From contig CAYOSB010000003.1 of assembly GCA_964406495.1 (NCBI GenBank), positions 23,325 through 60,390 of the forward strand: DNA of 37,066 nucleotides, written 5' to 3'. The stretch comes from an uncultured Bacteroidaceae bacterium. GTDB lineage: Bacteria; Bacteroidota; Bacteroidia; Bacteroidales; GCA-2748055. Position 1 is the stretch's first letter. Every line of letters begins with the position of its first letter. Positions 28,847 through 37,066 of the stretch are shown here, piece after piece. The notes under the pieces were generated by a model that saw only the letters and a list, made by a program, of their open reading frames with translations, did not search any database and was not told the origin of the DNA. The translations under genes were made by a program, and so were the position numbers.

Positions 28847-30553
28847 ATGAAAAAAATAATATACTTTCCACTGATCTTCATGTTTTTCTGCTCGTGCAAT
28901 GAAGACATCCTGGACCTGGATCCTCTTGATTCGGTCTCTGAGTCAATCGTATGGGAGGATGAAAACCTCATAGAACTTTATGTGAATGACCGGTATAATG
29001 AGTTGCCCCATGGCTTCTGCAAATGGGCCGGAGGACTTCGCATGACCGGATTAACGGATGAATCCTATCACATGCATGAGCCAAAAGTGTTCAAGTATAC
29101 AAATGGAGAGGTGACCGCCGACAACATGTACTTTTATGCAGGATTCTGGAGTGACGCATATGAAGCGATAAGAAATACAAATATATTCCTGGATAAAATC
29201 AATCCGGATGTTGGTGACTCTGCAAGAATCATGCAACTGACAGCCGAGATCCGCTTTATAAGGGCCTATTTCTATTCAGAACTGATCACAAGATATAGTG
29301 GGGTGCCGATTATTGAAAAACCTTTCAGCCTGGAGGATGATTTCAATGTTCCGAGAGCCAGCTTTGAGGAAGTTGTTGATTTTATTGTCGAGGAACTTGA
29401 TCTTGCCATCCCGGATCTTCTGAACAGATCCGAAGCAACAGGCAAAGATTTCGGGAGAGTCACCAAAGGCGCGGCCATCGGCCTGAAAGCAAGAATCCTC
29501 CTTTACGCGGCGAGTCCGTTGTTTTCTGAATCAGTCGATCCCGTTAAATGGCAGGCAGTTGCCAATGCCTGTGAAGAACTGTTTGACCTGGATGAGTACC
29601 ACCTATCTGATGATTACCAGGGAATGTTTCTGGACCCGATGGACCAGGAGATCATCTTCTTCAAACAGTTTATTGACCAGTACGGAGAAGTCGTAGTTGA
29701 CAAACCCGGGGATTACTATTACCACTATAGTGGAGGACACCGTATTGATGAATGGAGATTCTCTAACGGTTCCGGCGGCTGGGTGAGTGAAAATCCACTT
29801 CAGAATTTTGTGGATCAATATGAAACGCTGTCGGGTGAGATCCCTGTGTTGGGATATACGGGTAGTTCAGACAACCTGACCCCCGTCCTTAATCCTGCAG
29901 CCCTGGACTATGATCCGGATCATCCCTATGAGAACAGGGATCCTCGTTTATCGTATTCTGTTTATTACGACGGGACGATCTTCAAAGGCAGGGAAATTGA
30001 GATGTGGTGGACCGGCAAGGACAGCAGGGATCCAAATGTTGACTGGTGGTGGAATGGAAGTAAACTGGGCTATGGTATTCGAAAATCCCTGGACGAGAGC
30101 TGGTCATATTCATCTATGGTGGGGAGTGACCAACCCTGGATCTATATGCGCCTGGCAGAGTTTTATCTTACCTATGCTGAAGCACAGTATCACCTGGGGT
30201 ACGAAGGAGCTGCCAATGAATATGTGAACCGCGTACGGAGCAGAACGGGAGTAGAAATGCCTGCCATTGCAGCTTCCGGCGAGGAATTGCTGGAAAAAAT
30301 CAAACACGAACGCAAGATCGAACTTGCCTTTGAAGGTAACAGGTGGTATGATGCACGAAGATGGAAGGATGCTGAAGTCGATTTTGCAAGAAGTGTTGTG
30401 GGGGTAGAGGTCATAAGGAACCCCGATACAAAGCAGAAGTCATACCGCTACTTTATTCAACAGGAACGCGAGTTTCCTGAGAACCACTATATCTGGCCCA
30501 TTCCATTTGAGGAGATCACCAAGAGCAACCTGACTCAAAATCCAGGATACTAA
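28847..30553 (+). CDS. SusD/RagB glycan-binding lipoprotein
   Basis: Lipobox CSC, AEIRFIRAYFY, NRDPRL, MRLAEFYLTYAEA, ERKIELAFEGNRWYD, LTQNPGY. Confidence 0.95.
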   Translation: MKKIIYFPLIFMFFCSCNEDILDLDPLDSVSESIVWEDENLIELYVNDRYNELPHGFCKWAGGLRMTGLTDESYHMHEPKVFKYTNGEVTADNMYFYAGFWSDAYEAIRNTNIFLDKINPDVGDSARIMQLTAEIRFIRAYFYSELITRYSGVPIIEKPFSLEDDFNVPRASFEEVVDFIVEELDLAIPDLLNRSEATGKDFGRVTKGAAIGLKARILLYAASPLFSESVDPVKWQAVANACEELFDLDEYHLSDDYQGMFLDPMDQEIIFFKQFIDQYGEVVVDKPGDYYYHYSGGHRIDEWRFSNGSGGWVSENPLQNFVDQYETLSGEIPVLGYTGSSDNLTPVLNPAALDYDPDHPYENRDPRLSYSVYYDGTIFKGREIEMWWTGKDSRDPNVDWWWNGSKLGYGIRKSLDESWSYSSMVGSDQPWIYMRLAEFYLTYAEAQYHLGYEGAANEYVNRVRSRTGVEMPAIAASGEELLEKIKHERKIELAFEGNRWYDARRWKDAEVDFARSVVGVEVIRNPDTKQKSYRYFIQQEREFPENHYIWPIPFEEITKSNLTQNPGY

Positions 30554-30559
30554 AAGAAA

Positions 30560-32434
30560 ATGATGCGAATTCTTGAAATGAAATATTTCGCCATACTCCT
30601 ATTGTTCTCGATGAACGCAACGATCCGGTCCTGCGAACATGACCCTGTGGGGCAAGATGGAACTCGCTATGAGCCTGGCTACCTTTCCAGACCAAAGGTT
30701 TACCCGGGTATACCACTGTTAACCAATGATATGGGAAAGTACCGCTCCACAGAAATGAATTCTGAATATGTGGTCCGGAGTTCAACTACGGTACCGACTT
30801 CCATGCAAATAGAGCGGAATGGCTACAATGCGGTATTGTGCATTGATTATGAAGGACTGGACAACATTGATGAATACCTGGAATTTGTGGTTTCCGTCTT
30901 TGAAAAGATCCCGGATGATCAAGCGGTTCCAGCTGAATTTCTTGACCAAATAACCGGTGTAAGCTTCCGGGCAGTGAGTCCTGAAGCCGGCATTGAGCTT
31001 ATGCTTGAAGTCCTTGATTCGGATAATAATCCAATTGAGTCTGCAATGTTCTCCATCAAGGCAGATTCAATGCAAACCTATACGCTTGAATTCGATGCCA
31101 GCCATTTAAAGCAACTCCTATTCCGGGTAAATGCAATGGATCAGTCAGAAGAACAACCTGCCATTAACCGCCTGATCATAGATGATATTTACCTTCTTTC
31201 GAACATACACGAGGAGTTTGTCCCTCCTGCAGATGACGCGAAATTTCTAACCTGGCTGAAGGAGTGCAGCATACGGTATTTCCGCTGGAATTACAGGGAA
31301 GTGGGAACAGACATGGGAGTCGTACTTGAGGCGGCAGGAGACAATTCTAAGGTATCGCTTTCGGGATTGGGATATGCACTGGCCAATTTCATACTTGCTG
31401 ATATGGATGGTATTATACCTGCTTCAGAAGCAGAGACAAAGGTGTTGGGTATTCTTAAATGGATGGAAGTACAAAACTGGTTTGATGGTTCGAACGGGTG
31501 GCACGGATTCCCCAAGCATTATTTCAATAAAGAGGGAACATACTATTCGTCCGATGTAAGTACCATCGACTGGGCAATGTGTGCAGCAGGAATACGCGTG
31601 GCAAGACAGTACTACAGCAGTAATCAAGAGATAGTCTCAATGGCCTCTTCATTACTGGAAAGGGCACAGTGGGACCTCGCTGTTGGATCAGATGGCCGCA
31701 TTGCTATGGGCTTTAATGAATCCGATGGTGCAATGAATTCATATCGCTGGGGCCTGGCGTTTTCAGAGGAGACAGAACTGGTGTACCTGGAGGCACTTGC
31801 TTCAGGAAAAATCGATCCCACCATTCTTGACAAGATCATTCGTGAAAAAAAGAATGGTTTTTATCCCAGCTGGTTCGGTTGTGGATTTACATACAACTGG
31901 TTGCAGCTCTGGACAGGTCCTGTTGAGCCTTATCGGTCAAATAGTATTGCTGCATACAACGCTGATGCAGAGACCTGTTATGAAAAATTTGATTTGGACC
32001 TTATCGGACTAACAGCCTGTGCTACCCTGAAGGATGTAACTGAGAATGGCTTTATTAACTGGGGCAGGTACATCAGCAACCAGGGGAGCAATATTTCAGG
32101 GGCATCAGCAACTGAAGTTATTCAGATCTCTCCGGCACCCTATGGGGCAACCCTTGCATTGCCATTCATCCCTGGTAAAGCTATTGAAGCGCTTCGGGCT
32201 TATGTAGATTTTGGATATTATCATCCGCTTTTGGGATTGCCTGATAACATCCGGTTAAGCAATTTGCCTTCCGGAATCTCTCCTGCTCCCAACTGGAATA
32301 CTTTCGATATAAATACCGGGCCTGTTTCCCTTGCCATTGAGCAAACCGGGGAAAACCGAATCGGTAATTTGTACCTGAACGATACGGCTATTCAGGCCAG
32401 GCTTCCCCTGCTAATTGATTCCTTTAATTTTTAA
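30560..32434 (+). CDS. Lipoprotein with divergent (alpha/alpha)6 glycoamylase/GH144-like (SGL-clan-like) domain plus N-terminal beta-sandwich
   Basis: KVSLSGLGYALA, WHGFPKHYFN, VSTIDWAMCAAGI, FSEETELVYLEAL, IGLTAC, ISPAPYG, DINTGP parallel glycoamylase/beta-1,2-glucanase motifs. Lipobox ..RSC; start may be at 30578. Confidence 0.6.
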   Translation: MMRILEMKYFAILLLFSMNATIRSCEHDPVGQDGTRYEPGYLSRPKVYPGIPLLTNDMGKYRSTEMNSEYVVRSSTTVPTSMQIERNGYNAVLCIDYEGLDNIDEYLEFVVSVFEKIPDDQAVPAEFLDQITGVSFRAVSPEAGIELMLEVLDSDNNPIESAMFSIKADSMQTYTLEFDASHLKQLLFRVNAMDQSEEQPAINRLIIDDIYLLSNIHEEFVPPADDAKFLTWLKECSIRYFRWNYREVGTDMGVVLEAAGDNSKVSLSGLGYALANFILADMDGIIPASEAETKVLGILKWMEVQNWFDGSNGWHGFPKHYFNKEGTYYSSDVSTIDWAMCAAGIRVARQYYSSNQEIVSMASSLLERAQWDLAVGSDGRIAMGFNESDGAMNSYRWGLAFSEETELVYLEALASGKIDPTILDKIIREKKNGFYPSWFGCGFTYNWLQLWTGPVEPYRSNSIAAYNADAETCYEKFDLDLIGLTACATLKDVTENGFINWGRYISNQGSNISGASATEVIQISPAPYGATLALPFIPGKAIEALRAYVDFGYYHPLLGLPDNIRLSNLPSGISPAPNWNTFDINTGPVSLAIEQTGENRIGNLYLNDTAIQARLPLLIDSFNF

Positions 32435-32443
32435 AAACTGACC

Positions 32444-34132
32444 ATGAAAAATCTTTTCGTCCTTCTTTTATTCAGCATACTTCTTTTTTCTTGTAACAAT
32501 CCGGAAAAGAGCACAGTGAATACCGGTTCTGATTCACATCTTCCTTATTTAAAACAGCAGGGAGATGCCATGCAACTGATTGTTGACGATGAACCTTTCA
32601 TAATGATCGCCGGAGAACTCCATAACTCCACAGCGTCCAGTGAAGCTTACCTGGAAACCATATGGCCGAAGCTGACCGGGATGAATCTGAATACGGTGCT
32701 GGCGACAGTTTCCTGGGAGCTTTTTGAGCCTGAAGAAGGGATATATGATTATACACTGGTTGATGCCCTTATAAACGGTGCCCGGGAAAATGACCTGAAA
32801 CTGGTTATTGTTTGGTTTGGCACCTGGAAGAACGGAGAGTCCAGCTATGTACCCATGTGGGTCAAGAAAGACACAAAGAGATTCTTCCGGGTCAAGCGGC
32901 AGGACGGGACCAACAACGAAACGATCTCAGCATTCTGCGAAGAAGCGAGAATTGCTGATGCAAGAGCGTTCAGGGCTTTGATGAAGCATGTTCGGGAAAC
33001 TGATTTCGACCACACGGTGATCATGGCGCAGCCTGAGAATGAAGTAGGCATATTCCAGGATATAGATTACAACCCGCAGGCAATCGAAAAATATGGGCAG
33101 GAAGTCCCCGTGAAGCTGATGGACTATTTGAAACAGAACAGGTCCGCACTTAAAGAAGAGGTCCGCGAGGTATGGGCGCAAAATGGGTATAAGGAAACGG
33201 GGACCTGGAGCGAAGTATTTGGCAGGAATCCGTCTTCAAAAGAGTTCTTCATGGCATGGCAGTATGCATCTTACATTAACGATGTTGCCAGGGAAGGAAA
33301 AGCGGAGCACCCGCTTCCAATGTTTGTTAATGCGTGGATTGTTCAAAAGCCGGATGACCTCCCCGGGGTATACCCGAATGGTGGACCAGTATCAAGGGTG
33401 ATGGACATTTACAAAGCCGCTGCACCGGATATCGATATTGTAAGCCCCGACATTTACCTGCCAAATTTCAAGGAGATCGTTGCCATGTATCATCGCTCAG
33501 ATAATCCTCTCCTTGTTCCGGAATCAACACTGGATGCCGGGCGGGCATTTTATGCTTTTGCAACGCACGACGCCATCTGTTATTCTCCCTTTGCAATTGA
33601 GGACGGTGTAAACGATTTCCTCTTTAAGAAATCATATGAAGTGCTGCATGAGATCACACACCTTATAACACAATACCAGGGTACTGGTAAAATGATTGGT
33701 ATTCTAAAAGAAGGTGATGAGAAGGAACAGTCGATCAGTTTTGGAGATTATCGCCTGAGAGTGGAATATGAGGATCTCAGGGAACCTGCTTACGGACTCA
33801 TTGTGCAGACTGCCGAAGATGAATTCATTGTGGCAGGTATGAATTTCAAGGTATTCTTCTCCCATGCTGGGGATAAGGTGGGATACATCGGCCAGGTTTG
33901 GGAAGGAAAATATGAAGATGAGGTATGGATACCAGGTCGCCTGCTGAATGGAGACGAGACCTGGCATAATGCGGTTCTCAGGGTTTTTGGAAGAGAACAC
34001 ATGTCTGCCGCCCGTGAAGAAGCAACTGAGGCCGGCGCGGATTCGGATATTCCTTTTACCTATTCGGCCAATCAAAATAAAATAATTGCAACACCAGGAA
34101 TTTACAAGGTGAAAACCTACCTGAGAGATTAA
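32444..34132 (+). CDS. GH35 / DUF5597 lipoprotein
   Basis: LIVDDEPFIMIAGELHNS, WELFEPEEG, WFGTWKNG.SSYVP.WVK, QPENE (acid/base), LPMFVNAW, YPNGGP, PDIY, LLVPE (nucleophile), GRLLNGDE. Confidence 0.88.
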   Translation: MKNLFVLLLFSILLFSCNNPEKSTVNTGSDSHLPYLKQQGDAMQLIVDDEPFIMIAGELHNSTASSEAYLETIWPKLTGMNLNTVLATVSWELFEPEEGIYDYTLVDALINGARENDLKLVIVWFGTWKNGESSYVPMWVKKDTKRFFRVKRQDGTNNETISAFCEEARIADARAFRALMKHVRETDFDHTVIMAQPENEVGIFQDIDYNPQAIEKYGQEVPVKLMDYLKQNRSALKEEVREVWAQNGYKETGTWSEVFGRNPSSKEFFMAWQYASYINDVAREGKAEHPLPMFVNAWIVQKPDDLPGVYPNGGPVSRVMDIYKAAAPDIDIVSPDIYLPNFKEIVAMYHRSDNPLLVPESTLDAGRAFYAFATHDAICYSPFAIEDGVNDFLFKKSYEVLHEITHLITQYQGTGKMIGILKEGDEKEQSISFGDYRLRVEYEDLREPAYGLIVQTAEDEFIVAGMNFKVFFSHAGDKVGYIGQVWEGKYEDEVWIPGRLLNGDETWHNAVLRVFGREHMSAAREEATEAGADSDIPFTYSANQNKIIATPGIYKVKTYLRD

Positions 34133-34166
34133 TCCGATATAAATGAGTTCATAACATATTAATTAA

Positions 34167-35054
34167 ATGATCATGAAAAACAGAAAGAACCTTTTGTACA
34201 CATGCAGCAGGATAACAATCCTTTTTATGGTAATTGCACTGGCATCCTGCAAAGAGGATCCACCTGAGCCATTGGTGTTCGATCCTGACTTAAGTTCAAG
34301 CACAACCCAGGCTGGAGCAGCGATCGTCTTTACCGATTATTCTACTGGCGTGGAGTCAAGAATCTGGACCTTCCCCGGCGGAACACCTGCCAGTTCAACC
34401 GAAGAAGAAGTCTCCGTCACATGGGCAGCTGAAGGACCCTATATTGCCGCTATTGAGGTTACATTTACAGATGGCTCATCTGATGCCAAGGATTTTCCAA
34501 TCCAGGTGGGTAGCGAAAAATACTCTCGGTTTGTCTTTGGATTTGAAGTGGATACGATGGTGGAGAAGTCCTGGAATACCTGGAGCACAAATTCTTCAAA
34601 CGGGAATACATGGGATGGTCTTGCAACACTGGAGATCGACGATACCCAGGGGGCTGACGGAACATCAAAAAGTGCAAAGATCACGGTATTATCCACTGGC
34701 GATGAATTGCAGATCTTCTCTGTAAATAATAATGCGGTGCTCGAAAGTAACATGACCTATGAATTCAGTTTGTGGGTAAAGGGAAGTTCGGGGATCACAA
34801 TTACAGGTGTTGAACTGACCAATCAGCTGATCCTTGAAGATGTCACCGTTCAGGACTGGCATAATTACGCATGGATCAGCCCTGTTGCGTTAACCGATAC
34901 GTGGACAAAACACTCATTTACGGTTGAAACAGGGGATATTTCGGAATACTATTCAGAAGGGAAAGCAAACAATGCCTACACACTCATCAAATTCACACCT
35001 GAATCAACCGGAGAGGTGTATATCGATGAAGTATCCCTGAAGGAAGTTGAATAA
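34167..35054 (+). CDS. Lipoprotein with PKD domain and CBM4/9-like domain (surface glycan-binding candidate)
   Basis: Lipobox LASC; FTDYSTG....WTFPGGTP (PKD); YEFSLWVKG...WTKHSFT...VYIDEVSLKE (CBM-like). Confidence 0.75.
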   Translation: MIMKNRKNLLYTCSRITILFMVIALASCKEDPPEPLVFDPDLSSSTTQAGAAIVFTDYSTGVESRIWTFPGGTPASSTEEEVSVTWAAEGPYIAAIEVTFTDGSSDAKDFPIQVGSEKYSRFVFGFEVDTMVEKSWNTWSTNSSNGNTWDGLATLEIDDTQGADGTSKSAKITVLSTGDELQIFSVNNNAVLESNMTYEFSLWVKGSSGITITGVELTNQLILEDVTVQDWHNYAWISPVALTDTWTKHSFTVETGDISEYYSEGKANNAYTLIKFTPESTGEVYIDEVSLKEVE

Positions 35055-35073
35055 AAATCTAAACTACATTATC

Positions 35074-36795
35074 ATGACAAAAAAATTACAATCTAAACAT
35101 GTTGGCTTTAAAAAGCGACTTGGTTTTGTTACCCTGGGTATCTTCATAGCTACGCAGTCATTTTCCCAGACCATTCTCTTTTCAGACGCAGTGGGCGAAA
35201 ATGTTACACTGGGATCAGAAAGTCATGTCAGCATCGTTAATAATCCGATTTTGGATGGTGTAAATGGCTCATCACAGTCCCTGTTATCCGATGGTGCTGC
35301 CTGGGCTGGTTATACCATTACCTGTTCAGTTCCAATTAGCGCATCCAACAATAAGTTGTACATATCATTTTACAACCCGAACGGATTCACAGAGAATCAG
35401 GTCCAGCTTAATTTTGAAAATCCAAATCAGCAATGGCTGACTGAAGCACACCCTGCCGGGTCATCAGATGGCTGGTATGAAAGAGTGATCGACCTGAGCA
35501 GTTTTGAGGGGGAAACACTGACATGGCTTTGGATAGCACCCTCTGCAGGAGAAGCTGGACAGGTTTATTTTGATAATATCTACCTGGGTGATGCCCCTTC
35601 AGATGATGTAAAGCAGCCTTTTGTCCTGTCACCAACTGCCGTGATATTTGATGATGCAGCCGGGGATTATGTTACGCTTGGTTCTGAGGATCATGTAAGT
35701 GTTGTGAGCAATCCTGTACTGGACAGTGTCAACGGCTCTCCCAGTGTTCTTCTATCCGACGGTGGAAGCTGGGCAGGCTATACTATTGACTTGGCGATTC
35801 CTGTTACTGATACTACTGACAAGCTCTACATCTCATTTTATAATCCGAATGGATTTACAGAGAACCAGGTTCAATTGAATTTCGTCACACCCAATCAGCA
35901 ATGGCTTACTGAGGCTTTTCCGTCAGAAGCTGCAAACGGCTGGTATGAGAGAGTGATTGACCTGAGCAGTTTCATTGGAGACACCCTGTCCTGGATGTGG
36001 ATTGCTCCCTCGGGGGGAGAGGCAGGAAAGGTCTATTTCGATAACATCTACCTGGATGATGCTTCAAATAAAGAGATAACCATGCCATTTCTCCTTTCCA
36101 CGACCGGTATCATTTTCATGGATGAAGCTGGAGAAGGCGTAGAGCTGGGCACAGAAGCGCATGTTACCATAGTTGACAATCCTATGAAAGATGATGTCAA
36201 TAATTCTGAGACCGTCTTAAAATCAGATGCCTCAGCTTCGTGGAGTGGCTATACCATTACTTGTAATATTCCAGTCAGGGATACAGCAGCATACCTCTAT
36301 ATTTCAATGTATAATCCCGATGATGCTTTAGAGAACCAGGTCCAGGTGAATTTCACTACACCCAACCAGCAATGGCTTACTGAAGCTTATCCTGATGAGG
36401 CAACAACCGGCTGGTATACACGGGTTATCGATCTTACAGCTTTTGTGGGTGATACCCTCAACTGGATGTGGCTTGCTCCTACGGCAGGTCAGACACGCCT
36501 GGGTTATATGGACAATATTTACCTGGCAGGTGAACCTGAAACTACTTCTGTCAGAAAATTATACCTCGATAATGGAGATGTATATTATTCCAATGGCGCG
36601 CTGCGGTTTAAGGAATTTCACCTGAATAATGCTGAAGTAACTATTTTCGATGTGGACGGAAGAACCCTGCAAAGAGAAAGAGCTGATGGCAATGAGCTAA
36701 ATATCGACCCTTCAATATCTGATGGGATATACATTATTCGTGTAGTTGAAAACAATCAACTTAAAATGTTAAAGAAGCTTTTCATATATAAATAG
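35074..36795 (+). CDS. T9SS-secreted protein with three tandem 156-aa beta-sandwich repeats
   Basis: Signal peptide from ATG 35074; equivalent Phe codons at 35179, 35647 and 36115 (468-nt period); each repeat ends Y(F/M)DNIYL; T9SS CTD VTIFDVDGR...GIYIIRV......KKLFI. Confidence 0.85.
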   Translation: MTKKLQSKHVGFKKRLGFVTLGIFIATQSFSQTILFSDAVGENVTLGSESHVSIVNNPILDGVNGSSQSLLSDGAAWAGYTITCSVPISASNNKLYISFYNPNGFTENQVQLNFENPNQQWLTEAHPAGSSDGWYERVIDLSSFEGETLTWLWIAPSAGEAGQVYFDNIYLGDAPSDDVKQPFVLSPTAVIFDDAAGDYVTLGSEDHVSVVSNPVLDSVNGSPSVLLSDGGSWAGYTIDLAIPVTDTTDKLYISFYNPNGFTENQVQLNFVTPNQQWLTEAFPSEAANGWYERVIDLSSFIGDTLSWMWIAPSGGEAGKVYFDNIYLDDASNKEITMPFLLSTTGIIFMDEAGEGVELGTEAHVTIVDNPMKDDVNNSETVLKSDASASWSGYTITCNIPVRDTAAYLYISMYNPDDALENQVQVNFTTPNQQWLTEAYPDEATTGWYTRVIDLTAFVGDTLNWMWLAPTAGQTRLGYMDNIYLAGEPETTSVRKLYLDNGDVYYSNGALRFKEFHLNNAEVTIFDVDGRTLQRERADGNELNIDPSISDGIYIIRVVENNQLKMLKKLFIYK

Positions 36796-36876
36796 CAGAT
36801 AGGCTTATCCAATGATTCAATTATCATGGCCATAAAGGTAATTGACATCATTTAGTAGTAGTTAGTTTTTGTAATT

Positions 36877-36921
36877 GTCCGCCTGCAATTGAGAAATTAC
36901 TTGATTGCAGGCGGACTTTTT
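36877..36921 (+). terminator. Intrinsic terminator closing the PUL
   Basis: GTCCGCCTGCAAT...ATTGCAGGCGGAC perfect 13-bp stem, extendable with G-U pairs, followed by TTTTT. Confidence 0.85.
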
Positions 36922-36960
36922 CATGGAAACCAACTTGTAAGCAGGCTAACCCATTCTCCA

Positions 36961-37066
36961 ATTGAGTAGGAAGATAGGGATAATTTCCCTATCTGTCCTC
37001 TCACACCACCTTGCATACCGTTCGGTACACGGCGGTTCCTTAAATAATAACTCTAACATTCCTGTA
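36961..37066 (-). mobile_element. 3' end of a group IIC intron (domains V and VI) with the probable last codons of its reverse transcriptase/maturase ORF
   Basis: Minus strand: ...YRNVRVII*(37040), then GAACCGCCGTGTACCGAACGGTATGCAAGGTGGTGTGAGAGGAC (short IIC domain V with CGC triad), hairpin AGATAGGGA-AATTA-TCCCTATCT, then CCTACTCAAT (bulged A, AY end at 36961). Confidence 0.9.

Noticed and set aside
36852-36880. Further att-like site (TTAGTAG)
   Set aside because: Lacks the TGAAATATC arm and the CGGGG/AC continuation; low-complexity context.

Overview
Bacteroidota-type chromosomal window; the assignment rests on SusC/SusD, a T9SS C-terminal domain and TAnnTTTG-like promoters. Left part: Bcr/CflA MFS exporter (runs off the left edge), dinB, a two-gene envelope pair, two divergently transcribed AbgT paralogues, several gene remnants (DUF1080, GH78, CN-hydrolase), a GH29 fucosidase, an amidase, a DUF4038 apiosidase-like enzyme, a Tat-exported dmsABC-type molybdoenzyme operon and an FKBP. 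The most striking unexplained structure is at ~19.8-23.6 kb. A motif TTAGTAG-N10-TGAAATATC recurs three times (19861, 21490, 23562), with a partial fourth copy (21270). It resembles the antisense 3' end of tRNA-fMet and is associated with decayed C-terminal tails of large serine recombinases. The copies bracket single-cargo units (an AAA ATPase; a hipBST toxin-antitoxin operon), suggesting a tandem cassette-like array of integrase-less islets. The third site is followed by an ECF-sigma/anti-sigma-regulated polysaccharide utilisation locus: SusC, SusD, a divergent GH144/SGL-like lipoprotein, GH35/DUF5597, a PKD-CBM lipoprotein and a T9SS protein with three 156-aa repeats. That locus may target beta-1,2-glucan. 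The window ends in the 3' end (domains V-VI) of a minus-strand group IIC intron. All family calls come from motif recognition by eye; no searches were run.
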